DNA of 64,000 nucleotides from the human T2T-CHM13v2.0 reference genome, Homo sapiens. The notes below the pieces were generated by a model, which worked only from the letters and a program-made list of their open reading frames with translations, did no database searches and was not told the DNA's origin. Positions 21,220 to 34,889 of this stretch are shown here, one piece after another; positions within the stretch are counted from its first letter, which is position 1, and every line of letters begins with the position of its first letter. The stretch is taken from the NCBI RefSeq assembly GCF_009914755.1, contig NC_060930.1. One strand, given 5' to 3'. The translations under genes were made by a program, and so were the position numbers.

Positions 21220-21573
21220 TGTCTTAGTATGGTTAGGCTGCTATAAAAAAACACCACAACTGGGGTAGATTATAAACAACAGAAAGTTATTTCTCACATT
21301 TCTGGAGGGTGGAAAGTTCATGATCAAGGCAGATTAGGTGTCTGTTGAGAGTGTGCTGTCTGGTTTATAATTGATGCCTTCTTCCTGTGTCCTTACATGA
21401 CTGAAGTGATGAGGGATCTCTTGGATTCTTTTATAAGGGCATTAATCTCATCATGAGGGCTCTACCACCATGACATAATCACCTCCGAAAGCTTCACCTT
21501 CTATCATCATCACCTTGTGGGTTATTATTTCAACCTAGGAATTTTGGGGGTACACAAACATTCAGGCCATAGC
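21220..21573 (-). mobile_element. MLT1A/MSTD-type MaLR LTR
   Basis: TGTCTTAGT...GGCTGCTATAA...AAACATTCAGGCCATAGCA. Confidence 0.8.
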
Positions 21574-22089
21574 AGAACTACATGCCCCTCCTGCAAACCC
21601 TCATGTGGTCATTGCCATGGAAGCTGCTCCACAACCCAGATGCCAAGAGGGAAAAAAGAGCAGGAGCCAGGAGCTGAATGGGAGTGGGAAAAAACTTCAG
21701 AGTTCAAGTTTACACTGGAAAAGACTGGGTGACTTTGAATTAGCCAGCAGAAGTGTTTTTGCTATGAAGTGGTAATGGGCACTTGGGAAATGAGTTAATT
21801 TAATGATAGTGGTATGAAGAACGTGACTTTTTGTCTGCTCAACTTTTTTCTTAAGAGCATACTGATTACATAATCAATAAGCATAAAAAACATATGGGTA
21901 TCATACATAGATAATTAATAGAAGGTAATCTTCCTTCTTTCCAATAACAAATAAACATTAAACATTTTCTTCTAATCAGTATTCTACCTAAATATTTACC
22001 AGTTCAGACAATTAATTTTAATATTCAAAATACATGAATACACATACATCATATACCACACATTGCTGATGGTATAGTTTTAATCAAGC

Positions 22090-22760
22090 AGTTATTATGT
22101 GCATATTACCATGTAGTTACTAAAAATGAAACAAATGGTCCTTGGTTTCAGGAAATTTGTGACCAAGAAGTTAGGCAGTAAATAATTCCTAAACAAGAGT
22201 TGCACACAATATGACTTCAGAGGATGGAGAGAGTTTCATGAGTTTGGATATTCAGAGAAACTGAATAAGGGACAGGGTGCTTGAGCCAGACATGGAAGAC
22301 CAGAGATCTGACAAGGAATGACAAACTGGCTTCAGTAAGCATGGTTGCCTGGAAGTCTCTGTTGACACATTCTGGGGATGTGTCTGGTTTCAGTGGGGAG
22401 AGTGCTATGGAGAACCAGCGATGTCCTCTGTGGGCAAGAGAGGGAAGAGGGCCAGGGACAGGATATGCATTGGCATTGGTCCTTGAGATAGGCAGAGAGG
22501 TGAGGGGCAAGCATTCTATGTAGGTGATATTGGAGTGACAAGAATGCGCAGACCAAAATATGAATGGTGCCTTCTGGATCCACCAGAGGATTTCACGGAG
22601 TGGAGTAGCTGATGATAAGTGAGCAGGGGTGGGTCAGGGCCAGATGGAAAGAGCCCCTGAAAGCCAAGTTAAGAAGTTAATCTATTATCTGTAGAAAATG
22701 CAGAGTCATTGAAATATTTTTTAATGCAAAAATGACGTGATCAAAATGGGAGCAAGCAGG
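22090..22760 (-). mobile_element. Degenerate L2
   Basis: Purine-rich L2 antisense pattern (CAGGGCCAGAT...GAGTCATTGAAATATTTT...TGACGTGATCA). Confidence 0.5.
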
Positions 22761-22949
22761 ATGAATGGAGTTTCAAGATCAGAAAATAAGACCTTGAAGT
22801 AGTAAGAAGAACATTTAACTTGCACACCAAATAATTGACAAATTTGAATACATTTTGTATGTCTTTGAAATCTTTCTTATTGAAGTGTTCAAAGTTCTTT
22901 AACACCAATTCACTAGAAGTTCAACTTATCCCTCTTAATTATTGAAAAC

Positions 22950-23060
22950 AAATTTCTGCTCTTACCTAACTGTGTGGCTTTAAAAAATTGCTTAATTTCT
23001 GTGGGGTTTAGGTTTCTTGACTGTAAAATGAGCTGAAAAAATATTATTTCCAAAGTCTCT
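22950..23060 (+). mobile_element. MIR fragment
   Basis: CTTACCTAACTGTGTG...CTGTAAAATGAG core. Confidence 0.55.
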
Positions 23061-23134
23061 CTCGGTGTTATATTTTATTTAGTAACATTGGTAACTAACT
23101 GGTGACTTGGCTTCCTTTCTAACCACTGCTTCAG

Positions 23135-23180
23135 AAATAGTTGTCTCATGAATAAATTTACTCATTGCAATGAAAAAGAG
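23135..23180 (+). other. Candidate internal exon A (46 nt) of an unidentified spliced transcript or decayed gene
   Basis: Branch-like CTAAC plus CACTGCTTCAG acceptor; perfect GAG|GTAAGT donor; a single open frame NSCLMNKFTHCNEKE ending in phase 0. Confidence 0.5.
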
Positions 23181-23299
23181 GTAAGTTTATTTAGTTATTA
23201 ATACATGCGCTCATCTCAATGACCATTTGTGACATTTATTAATTGAATCCTTAGTGGGACCTAGATCTGAAATGGTAGTAAGCCTGTTTGGTGACAATG

Positions 23300-24150
23300 T
23301 TTTGCGTCTAATATATATTACTAATTTCATAATTTCCAAGCAAATTTGAGAAACATGATTTATTAAATCCACGATCAATATTCAAACGCGACTTCATTTC
23401 CTGGCACATGCAATGGAGACCAAATTGTTTCCCCTGCTTTCTGTATGCCATTTCCATACCTCTATTACTACAAAAGTGGAACCATTTATTTTGCAAAAGG
23501 TTTGCCAGAGAACTAATTATAACATCAAGTGGGGTGGTGTTCAGAACAGTCTGAGTGATAAATAATGAGAAAAAATAATCCAATAATTATTTAAAGTAGT
23601 GGGTGTTAGCATCTACTCTGATCTGATGATGGTGGTAGCGGGGAAAGGCTTCAAAGTAACAATACACATCCAGCCATTGATGATATTTTATTCTTCTATT
23701 CATAGTTTATTTCATTATAAAAGTCCAGTGGACTTAGTCTGTTTTTCAATTACCCTAGCCACTTACTTGCGGGTATTGTGCACGGCTGTTTCACGTGTGC
23801 AGCAGGCGCTCTGCACTATTATTCTGGTCAACAAAAGACGATTATTAAATTCTAAAAAAGCTTTAGATGGGACTGCCATGACAATAGGCATAGGTAATCA
23901 GAGGTATAATCACATTCTGCTGGAAATCGGTGCCCATAGAATGAACAGGAACATAGCGCAGTCTTTGAAGTCCATTTTCGTGTAAACATCAAATGGTGCT
24001 GTGAGGTTTTTCGCCACAGGTTTGAAGTGTAAATATGCATCATCAGCTCAGGGTCAAGAAATGGCTTGCGGTTCTCAGTTTTAGTGTGAATATATTTGCA
24101 AAATACATCATTTTCCAGTTTTAGGGCCAAATCTATTAAGGATATTGGAA
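23300..24150. promoter_or_regulatory. Candidate conserved non-coding element / developmental enhancer
   Basis: Repeat-free; 15 CpGs counted in 23301-24070 despite AT-richness; TGATTTAT 23356, TAATTA 23514, TAATCC 23576, TTCAAAG 23650, AACAAT 23658, CACGTG 23792, CTTTGAA 23963, TGTAAACA 23982, TGTAAATA 24028. Confidence 0.6.
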
Positions 24151-24636
24151 TATTATGCCTTTTCTGTTTATATAATAGAAACACATTATGATATTCCTTG
24201 TGACACAGATGGGTTTAATATGAATTGAATCATATGCTCAGTAAGAGAGCAACTCAGAAAAATAGCCAGATAATAGGCTGGAGCTAGAGGCAGGTGCTGG
24301 TCCAGTGTCCTACCATGAGGTGCTGCAAAAGGCTTGTGTCACTCTGTTTCTGAGGAAAAATATTTTAGAAGCAGCCGCGCTGTGGTATTGTCAATGGCTA
24401 GGATGACTCTTGTTTTCAGTGAGAGTTTGGGGCTATGAGGTAATTCAAAGGTGATTTTTTCATACTGAAAAGTAACAGTGGCAGAATTTAGACTGTGTCA
24501 TTGTTGCTGGGAATACAATAGTCCTAAATAAGTATGCACTGAAGAATGCCATAAACCTCAACTGCCTCAAAATATTTCCTTTTACCAGCCTTCCACAGAG
24601 TCTTTTATCTTCACTGTCTGAGCCATTTCTTTAAGG

Positions 24637-24855
24637 CAGAGTTTCTCAGCCTCGCCACTACTGACAATCCGGGCTAGATAAGATAATTCTTCGTTGTGGG
24701 GGACTGTTCTGTGCATTGTAGGATGTTTAGCAGCATCCTTGGTTTCTACCCACTAGATGCCAGTTGCATTTCTCCATCCTCTAGTGGCCAACCAGAAATG
24801 TCTCCAAATGTTAAATGTCTCCTAAGAGCAAAATCCCCCTGGTTAGGATCCACTG
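24637..24855 (+). mobile_element. MER20 (hAT-Charlie)
   Basis: CAGAGTTTCTCAGCCTCG...GTGCATTGTAGGATGTTTAGCAGCATCC...GGTTAGGATCCACTG. Confidence 0.88.
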
Positions 24856-25112
24856 CTTTACTAGACTTTCAGGCACTCTAAAGAGTTCCTGTTAAAATGC
24901 AAACTGTTACTGTGTAGGAAAACACACGGTTCCAGGAATACCTTACCATGTGCTCCCCACTTTTCTAGCATAAGAGCAAGGCCAAGAATGGGATATGAGT
25001 CAAACTGATGACTGGAATTAGGAAAGTCCAGGGCCTGGAGAAGTGTCCAGGATGAGAAAAGTATTGGTGGTAGAACACCGCATTGGTGAACTTTGTGCAG
25101 CTTAGGTATTCA

Positions 25113-25402
<290 letters not shown>

Positions 25403-26084
25403 ATTCCATGAGGGTGCCAAAGCAAGAGAAGTAAGATGGTAAACGTGGGGAGAATAGCATGACAAGAAGGGAAGAGTCATTCAGGATGCCAAGGGGCACT
25501 TTTGTACTAGAAGCCCTGTACAAGAAAGCAAACCAGTGTTGGTCAGTTTGTAGAGTTAATTTTGCTGTAACTGAGCAGACATGTTTAAGATGATGTTTGT
25601 CAGAGGAAGGGAGAGCTGAGAGAGTGGAGCAGGCTGCAGTTTGCTCTGAGTGAGAGGTAGGAGGCATGGTTTAATTCTTGGTGCCAAAGAAAGAAGGTGT
25701 GTTGACATGGAGTCCTTTCCTCTAGAGGATGTAGAAGCCTGGGGTCCGAGTGAGGGCAGGCAGCCGACTTTCACACAAAAACATGTGTCTGCGTGTTGTG
25801 GGTGGCCTGAGCCCGTGGTGAGCACAGTGGGAACAGATTCGTCCTTTCTGGTGTGCTGACTAAAATCCTGGTATTTGAAAGTTTGCCACACATGCACACA
25901 AGAAAGAATGAGAACCACTGGGAAAGAGGCTCCAAAGCAAAAACTGAGTATTTCAAAACATCACCTTACTAGACGTGCATGGGAAATAGATTAACTCAGG
26001 ATTTTAATGAGAACAACCAAGAAATAATGGATTTTCCCCTTCATTTCTCCTCCTTCTTACCTCAGTTATTTTCGTTTTTAAACC

Positions 26085-26237
26085 CTGTTTTAGAGATACG
26101 GGCTTGCTCTGTTGCCCTGGATTGCAGTGGCATGATCATAGCTCACTGCATCCTCGAACTCTTATCTTCAAGAGATCCTCTTGCCTTGGTCTCCCAACAT
26201 TCTGGGATTACAGGTGTGAGTCACTGTGCTCAGCCTA
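26085..26237 (-). mobile_element. FLAM/AluJ monomer-length element
   Basis: GATCATAGCTCACTGCA...GGGATTACAGGTGTGAG. Confidence 0.75.
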
Positions 26238-26449
26238 GTTTTTTTTTTTTTGCTTTATTTTCAGTGTCTTCCCCATATCAATCTCACTATTTGGATTATT
26301 TCAGAAAAGGTAGAAACAAAAAATTAAAATTAAAAGTAGGTAGTACTGTTCTGGCCTATTCTCTTCCTGCTCCCGCCACCACCACTCTCTCCAGCCTCCG
26401 TTTTATTCACTTTTCCCTTCCGCTCCCATCTCCTTTATGACCTTCTTAA

Positions 26450-26518
26450 AATCCTGCCCTGGGATCTGCTTGTTAATGGCCTTTGTAATTATAAACAAGC
26501 AGATCCCAGGGCAGGATT
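26450..26518. repeat. Perfect 25-bp inverted repeat with 19-nt spacer
   Basis: AATCCTGCCCTGGGATCTGCTTGTT (26450-26474) and AACAAGCAGATCCCAGGGCAGGATT (26494-26518). Confidence 0.95.
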
Positions 26519-26719
26519 CACTTTCTCCTACTGTCACTATTTCTCTACTTTTCCAGACTTAAAACCACCTAGTCTTCATATGTATGATATCCTGATGGCC
26601 CAGGTTTTGGGGACAGTCTCAAGTTCACATATCGTATTACTCCCATGACTACCTTTGTTCTTGTCAACCTTGAGTCATAGTTTTCTTTTTGGGATGTGTC
26701 ATCATTGTGTCCATCTAAA

Positions 26720-26885
26720 ATGTAAAATACAAGGGAGAGTGATTGCAAAGTGGCATGAGGGGGTGTTTCTGAAGTGGCACCCTTCAGAAATGATGGAAAT
26801 GGTCAAAACTCATCAAATGTAACCTTAAAATTGATGAATTTTATTCTATGTAAATTATACTTTTAAAAAAGTGACTAAAAATATA
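26720..26885 (+). mobile_element. L1ME/L1MD-type 3' end remnant
   Basis: GTCAAAACTCATCAAATGTA...ATTTTATTCTATGTAAATTATAC. Confidence 0.65.
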
Positions 26886-28181
26886 AAATGACAGACATTA
26901 TGCTGCTGCCCATGCTCTTGCCCTGGCCACCTTCCCACTGGAGTTGTGTGGAGTGCTTGTCCTTCGCTCATTCTCATCCTCTCAGTCTTTTACCTCCCGT
27001 CTCCTCTGGGAACCAGTGTGCTGTCCTGTGGTGTCCTCATTTCATTCCCACCAGCCCAGGGAGCAGAGCCCAGAGCACCTGCTCTCAAGAAAAACCAGAG
27101 TGCCTGCCTCAAAGTGGCAAAGGATAAAGTCCTACACAAAACAAAAATGCAATGATTTCTGACCAAGCCCTTCTACATAATATGTCTTTTTAACAAAAGT
27201 ATCCATCAAAGTGATATAAATATCCTCAGTAATCTTGATCTTTTCAATGCAGCTCAACCAGCTGTTGAAAGGCTGTGGTGGCTCCCAGACAGATTCTGTA
27301 ATAGAAGGTTTTGGGATCCCCTCTATCTCTTGCTCTGGGGCCAGCCACAGCCCTGGTGCTCAGGCCACAGAGCTTTCTGTCTTCCCACCTGCAGGGAGAA
27401 ACCTGGGAAAGTCTCCTCCCATCATTAAGGCTGTGGGCACGTACAAATGCATTCATGTGTTTTGAGGGACAAGTGAACCATATTAAAGGAGGAAAGAGGG
27501 AGGGGTGATTAAGCATCTTTCTATCCCTTTCCACAGCCATCTGCCCTTCTTTGGGTCTCTCTTTTTCACCCCCTTTGGGTCTGAACTTATATATTGCCAT
27601 GAATAAGCAGATCCCAGGACAGGATTTTAAGGTCATTGCCCAATATCATTCATTAATTTGGTATTTATATATTGCTAATGAGATATGACTGTAAGAAGAA
27701 TGCCAATCACATTGTAAATAAAAATTTTCTTTTGATTATGAAAGCAAATCAGTCCCCTTCAAGAGAATTTGGATGTTAAAAAATGTGCAAAAAGATGATG
27801 AAAATCACCATCAAGAAATAATATCAATATGTTGCTATCTTTCCATGTTATGTATATGTGTAATTTTTATAAAAATTAGATAAAATTAATTTTGTATTTT
27901 TATACTGAGCATTAAAAAGTATTTAATTATATCATTTTTAATGCTTTATATTTTAATATTCTGCTGTATAAACATATTGTAATTTATTTAATCATTTTCC
28001 TATTTTTAGACACAAATTGTATCCATTTGAAGTACATAAATATATTAATAGAGTTTTTGTTGATATATTTTCTTTTTATTCATCTAGTTGAATATTTGGT
28101 ATTTTTCTAAGTACTACATTTTAATGTCTACCTGAATAATATACTTCCATAAATTATTATATAATGTCCCCTTGATTTCAG

Positions 28182-28242
28182 GATACATGTATTTTGTTCT
28201 TTTCAACATACAAAATGAGAATAGTGCAGGGAACAGAGACAG
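28182..28242 (+). other. Candidate internal exon B (61 nt)
   Basis: CCCCTTGATTTCAG acceptor, CAG|GTAATA donor; phase 0-to-1 frame DTCILFFSTYKMRIVQGTET (a second frame is also open). Confidence 0.45.
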
Positions 28243-28648
28243 GTAATACTAACAAAGATTATTTAGTTATTATCAGAGTTCCACCTACTGGTGTATTTTA
28301 AAATGGCATAACACAGACCTTTTGATTAGCATCAATGAAATTATTTAAAATATCCCTGTTGCTTAAATTATTTTAGTCAGCATTAGGATAATTGATAACA
28401 AGAAAAATGTCATGGCTTTAGATTTTCTTTGTTAACTTCCTAAATCAATAAAAATCCCAATATTTATAGTATTTCAACAGGTTAAGAAATGGAAAATCTC
28501 ACTGTTAACTATATACAAATAAAATAGAATAAATAGACTAAAAAGGAAATAATACATTAAAAACATATTGAAAAGCTAGTAAGATATTTATGGTGAATGA
28601 AGCCACCAAGCTCAGACAATTTTATGAATAAGTTCTAACAAATCTTTA

Positions 28649-28990
<342 letters not shown>

Positions 28991-29199
28991 TTATGCTACT
29001 TAAACAGTTTTATAGAATAGAAGAAGTTAGATATTATCGCTCTGATTTTATAAGTCTAATAAAATGTAATATCGAACTAAACAAAGCTGTATCATGAGAA
29101 AGAAAACTGTGTCAATCTAATTTAGGACATAGTTCTAAAATTTTAAATAAAATATTGATATATGGAATGCAATAATTGATGTAGTCTTTGAATAACAAC

Positions 29200-30045
<846 letters not shown>

Positions 30046-30151
30046 ATCCTTAAATAAGTTAATTTTTGTAAATACTTAGAACAATGACTGGCACATAGTG
30101 TCATATAAGTATTTACCAAATAAATAAGGAATCAACTACAGTTAATTTTAG

Positions 30152-30248
30152 GAAAACAAAGTTCACCATTAGAACAATCCACTGATTATGGTTTTCTGGA
30201 AAGAAAAAAATCTACCTCTCAGAAAGCCGACCAATATAGACAATATAA
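30152..30248 (+). other. Candidate internal exon C (97 nt)
   Basis: AATTTTAG acceptor, AA|GTAGGT donor; single open frame (G)KQSSPLEQSTDYGFLERKKSTSQKADQYRQY, phase 1-to-2, compatible with exon B. Confidence 0.4.
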
Positions 30249-31440
30249 GTAGGTATTTTTCATTAAATAATTTCAGAGAGAAAAGAGAATCAATTACCTT
30301 CCCAATTTTTTGAGTTTCAAAAACTTAAGGTGACTTCAAGATGGTATATCATATGATCTTCTCCACTCTATTCCCGAGACATAGGAATAATTGAAAACAA
30401 GTATTTAAAAAAATTTTAAAGTACATATATGAGCTTAAGAACAAGAGGAAGAACAGTGGATCAGGAATGGATAGTGGCGAGTAGGGACAAACTGATGTTA
30501 GTACTGGACAAGGAGTATAAGCCACATTACCTGTGTTGCAGCTAGAAACAGACCCATGCTGGTAGCTCCAGTGGGAAAGACAGGCATTTGAGTCAAAATG
30601 GGGAGGATGCTTGAGCTGCCTGTGGGTGGAGATTTTGAGACTATCTTTCCTGTAAGGGGCAACAACCCCAACCCTCTAACTTGGTTAATGTCTGGGTAGC
30701 CCAGAGGGCCAGGCTGAGGCAACCTCAAAACCACTCCAAGAGAAACACCTGAATGGGGTAAACACCCTCATGCAAGATAAGAGCACAAAGCGAAATTTCA
30801 AAGCACACAAAGAAATCCATGGTCATCAGAGGTTACCATGGCAGTAATTTTTCTTGGGGATAGATTTCCTTCTGATGACATCCTGAAAGTATCTACTTAC
30901 TTCTTATTCAACAAATATTACTTATTTAAAAAGCATCCATGTGTTCCAAGTACAAGTTGTTCTAGTGACTGGGAACAAATGGTGAACAAAGCACACAAAA
31001 GTCCTTCTCTTCATGGAGTTTATGTTCTGGTGGGAGATAGATGAGGAAAGAAACATTTTGGGAGTAACCTGGATAGAGTATAGCTAGTTAGGCAGATGAC
31101 AGATGGAGGATGGCTGAGATATAGATTCTCAAGCCCCTGAATCATGTTCTGCTCCAGCTGTTCATTCTCTCACGAAGTCCCAAACACCAATCATTTTTCC
31201 TTTTTTATTGAACCACACAAATAAAATGAAAATGAAATGAAATTTAAGAGAAAATGTTCTTTGTCTTCTCATCTTTGTTAAAATGAACAAGCTGGCAGGA
31301 CAAAGAGCCAGGAGAAAACATGATTCATGTTACATAAGGAGAGTAAAGGGCTTTCCAGGTGGGCCAGAGAAGAAAATAAATTAATAATTATTCAGGAAGT
31401 ATAGTGATTAAACAAAATTGGGGGATTAGCATCTAGTTTT

Positions 31441-31530
31441 TGTTTGGTTGTCTTTTTTTTTTTAAATTTTAACTTTTATTTTAGATTCGGGGGTGCATGT
31501 GCAGGTTTGTTACATGGGTATATTGTGTGA
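31441..31530 (-). mobile_element. Very short 5'-truncated L1PA/L1PB tail
   Basis: TTTAACTTTTATTTTAGATTCGGGGGTGCATGTGCAGGTTTGTTAC; TSD AGCATCTA(G/T)TTTTT. Confidence 0.85.
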
Positions 31531-32099
31531 CAGCATCTATTTTTTAGTCAGTTTTGTAGCATCTGCACATTTTTCTAGTTCTTAAAATAAAATATACATA
31601 CTTAGGCTCTTCTTTTATAAAGGCAGGTCAACTTGTGCTCATGAGATTTCCATTTCATTTATGCTCAGTGCAGGTGTGTACTGGGCAATCATGTTTTCCT
31701 TTTCTAATTATATCTGAACTTGAAGATGGGTAGAGAGAAGTCGGTCCCAATGGCAGGACACTTCTGTGCCTGCTTTCTCTTCCCTTGTTATCATCTTGCT
31801 CTAAACTTTTTCCACTGGAGAAATCACAGTTTAATTGTCACCTATAATTATTTTTTTAGAGGAAAATAATTGAACTTTTTTGACTATCATTACTACTCTT
31901 TCCTGTTTCTCCTCCTATGGCTTTATCTGAGATGGATAGCTCTTAATATTTTTTTGAGTGTCAAATACCCTATTTTGAGATTTTGATTACACCTATGAAT
32001 TCACAAAATACATACATGCATAAAATTATACTTATTTATGCATACAATTTTTATTGCATTCTACCTAATGAAATACATCCTTGGGAGATAGGAAATGAA

Positions 32100-33400
32100 T
32101 CTCTGTCTTAGGTAGCTTTTCTTTGGTCACATCTTTTAATATTGAGGTTATCAGAGAGTTGTCACTGACTGTCTCTTTTTATTCTAGGCCCTCACAAATA
32201 CACAGTGATAAAACATTAAAAAGGAGGACTGCCCAGGAGAGACAAAAATGGGAAGAGAATGGAAGGATGTTGTAGGCTTTAAGAGGTCAGGAGGATCAAA
32301 ATCGTAAAAGGCCTTGACTACCAAGATAAAGAATTTGCCTGCATTATAAAAGTCATGGGACACCACTAAGGATTTTCTACTCTTAATGCTTTTAACTCTC
32401 TTCTGTAATATAGAAGACACACAGACAAACATTTCTAGCCCTAACACCTTCTCTATGTGTAAAGCGCTATATTCACTGCTGATTGAGCATTCCTACCTGG
32501 CAATCCCAGTGTATAGCCTAAAGAAATACATCCTGTTTTTTCCCTACCTTATCAGGGGGTACCATCATCCCTCCAAAGTAACACAAGCTGGAAAGTTGGA
32601 CGTTAGCATTGATTCTTTTTGCTAACCCTGTCTAACCAATCACCAAATAATTTTGATTGTAACCCATGCATATCTCTTCATCCACTCCTTTCCCTTCTTT
32701 TCTACTGTTACTGCCTTAGTTCAAGTCCTCAGCCTCTCTTCTGAATTATGGCATTCAGCCCCCAAATAGTCTTTCTGATCCTAGTGCAGCCCTGCTTCCA
32801 GTTTTCCTTCCACACTACTGCTAGAATTGTCTCTAAAATGTGAATCCCATCATGTTACCCCCCTACAGAAAATCCTTAGTGGTGTACCATAACTTTTATA
32901 ATGAAGGCAAGTTCTTCATCTTGGTGGGCATGGCCTTTTATGATTTAGCTCCTCCTGACCTCTTTAAGCCCACAACATCCTTTCACTCCCTTCCCATACT
33001 TGTTTCTCCTGGGCAGTCCTCCTTCCCGATGTTTCATCACTGTGTGTGTATTCGTGGCCCCCTTAACAGGCTGAGCTCTCTCACACATTTGGGCTTTTAT
33101 ATGTCCTGTTCTCTTTGTCTGGAATTCTAATCCCCCCTCTATACTTACCCATTTTGCAATTTCTTTTTTAATTTTCGAGGTTCAGCTTAATCTCCTCTGA
33201 GACCCTTTCCCTCTCTCAGGTGAAGCCAGATGCCTCTCACCTCTGCTGGCTTCAATACTCCCCATAGCGCTTTAGTTTTACACGTACCATGTTGTAATTA
33301 TTTCCTTACTCAATGTCTGCTTCATGAGACTGACAACCTCTTGAAGGCATACTTTCCAGATATAATCAGAGTTCAGTAAATATGAAATTGAATTAAACAA
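32100..33400 (+). mobile_element. L2 remnant containing an inverted local duplication
   Basis: L2 motifs (GCCTTAGTTCAAG, CCACACTACTGCTAGA, TCAGTAAATA 3' end); 32187-32378 is an inverted copy of 32867-33059. Confidence 0.7.
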
Positions 33401-34169
33401 CCATCATTATAAGATACAAGCTTCATGGACTGTTCTTTATATAATGTCAGGGTTCTGCTCAGTTCCCTCAGTAAGCTTCCATAAGAGCAAAATCGGTTTC
33501 TGTGTAGCGCTATCAATGCTTGTATAAGAAAAAATAGAATAGACTCATTCATTCACTCCAATCAACATCTCTGTGTTTTGCTGACAGGACAACCTGCCCC
33601 TTCTTGTTTCACTTCCAGGTGTTGTCAATAGCTAAACATTATGTAGTTTAGGAGCAATCACTTCAAATAGCTGGAGAGATAAGGCTTGATAATTTTTGTG
33701 AAGGATTTATTATTTGAACTATACAAAACTACTATGAAATGTTAGCAAATAACTGAGCCTCAGGGAGTAATAATTACTTTCATTCTATGATTGCAGATGA
33801 TGTAAAATAAAAGCAACATAAGTTGAAGTTTTAGATACTAATATAACATAAACAGGCAGCAGGATTAGAATAAAGTCAGCCAAACAATTTCTGTCCTCAA
33901 AAGCTAACGGGGGTGATATAATATTTTGGACCCTTGTGCCTCAGATGTGATCTCTAATTTCATTAGAGCCAATGACTTTTGGCATATCTACTGAACAAAT
34001 TCCCCAGTAAAGCATACTGCTGAAGTTTATCAACCTTTTAATCTATGCTTGTAAACCCATCTCTGAGAGTTTTCTTAAACACTGTATGAATGATTTGATA
34101 TAAAATGTTACTGTCTCAGTTGTGATTGATTCTGTCTCAGCCTCCATCTTGTTTGTTGTGTCTAGCTGT

Positions 34170-34505
34170 ACTGTTTCAGTCAAGAGCACCATAGACTGAG
34201 TGGCTTATAAACAACAGAAATTTATGTCTCATAGTTCTAGAGGTTGGAAGTCTGAGATCAAGGTCCCAACACAGCTGGGTTCTGATTAGCCCTCTTCTGG
34301 CTTGCAGACTGCCAACTTCTTGTATCCCCACATGGTTGAAAGAAGGACAGAGCTCTCTGGGTGTAAAGGCACTGATCCTACCATGAGGTCTTCACTCACA
34401 TGACCGAATCACTTTCTAAGGGCCCCAACCTTAATGCTATCACATTGGGGGTTAGAATTTCAACATATAAATTTTTAGAGTATACACAAACATTCAGTCC
34501 ACTGC
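34170..34505 (-). mobile_element. MLT1A/MSTD-type LTR
   Basis: CCATAGACTGAGTGGCTTATAAACAACAGAAATTTA...AAACATTCAGTCCACTGCA. Confidence 0.8.
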
Positions 34506-34889
34506 ATATACTAAGTATTCTGGAGATTTCACAGTGTTCTTTTAAAAATGTTCACAGATGCAAAGTCTTTTTGGATTTAATAATGAGCTTTTCCTTCTAT
34601 GTCACACTGGTAGTAAATGAAAGCAAAGATAGGCTAAAAGTGAGTGGAAATCAATGTCTTACATAGTTTAAAATCTTTCCTTTAGAGAATTTTTTAGTGA
34701 AAAAGGCTGGGAGGAAAGCTAAATATTTTATATTCTTAGTGACAGAGATGCTATAAGCTCTTGATAATTTTTACCCATACATGAAAGGATTTATGTTCTT
34801 CTCCTCTCCTCTCCTGTGACATGTTCAGGCCTCAAGACCCAAGAAAGAACCCTTTGCTCCTGCTAACTCACCTTTGCCTCAGATGTGAT

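Noticed and set aside
23308-24184. Three ORFs (91-128 aa) over the repeat-free block
   Set aside because: Overlapping on opposite strands, mostly non-ATG starts, no protein-like features; better explained as non-coding.
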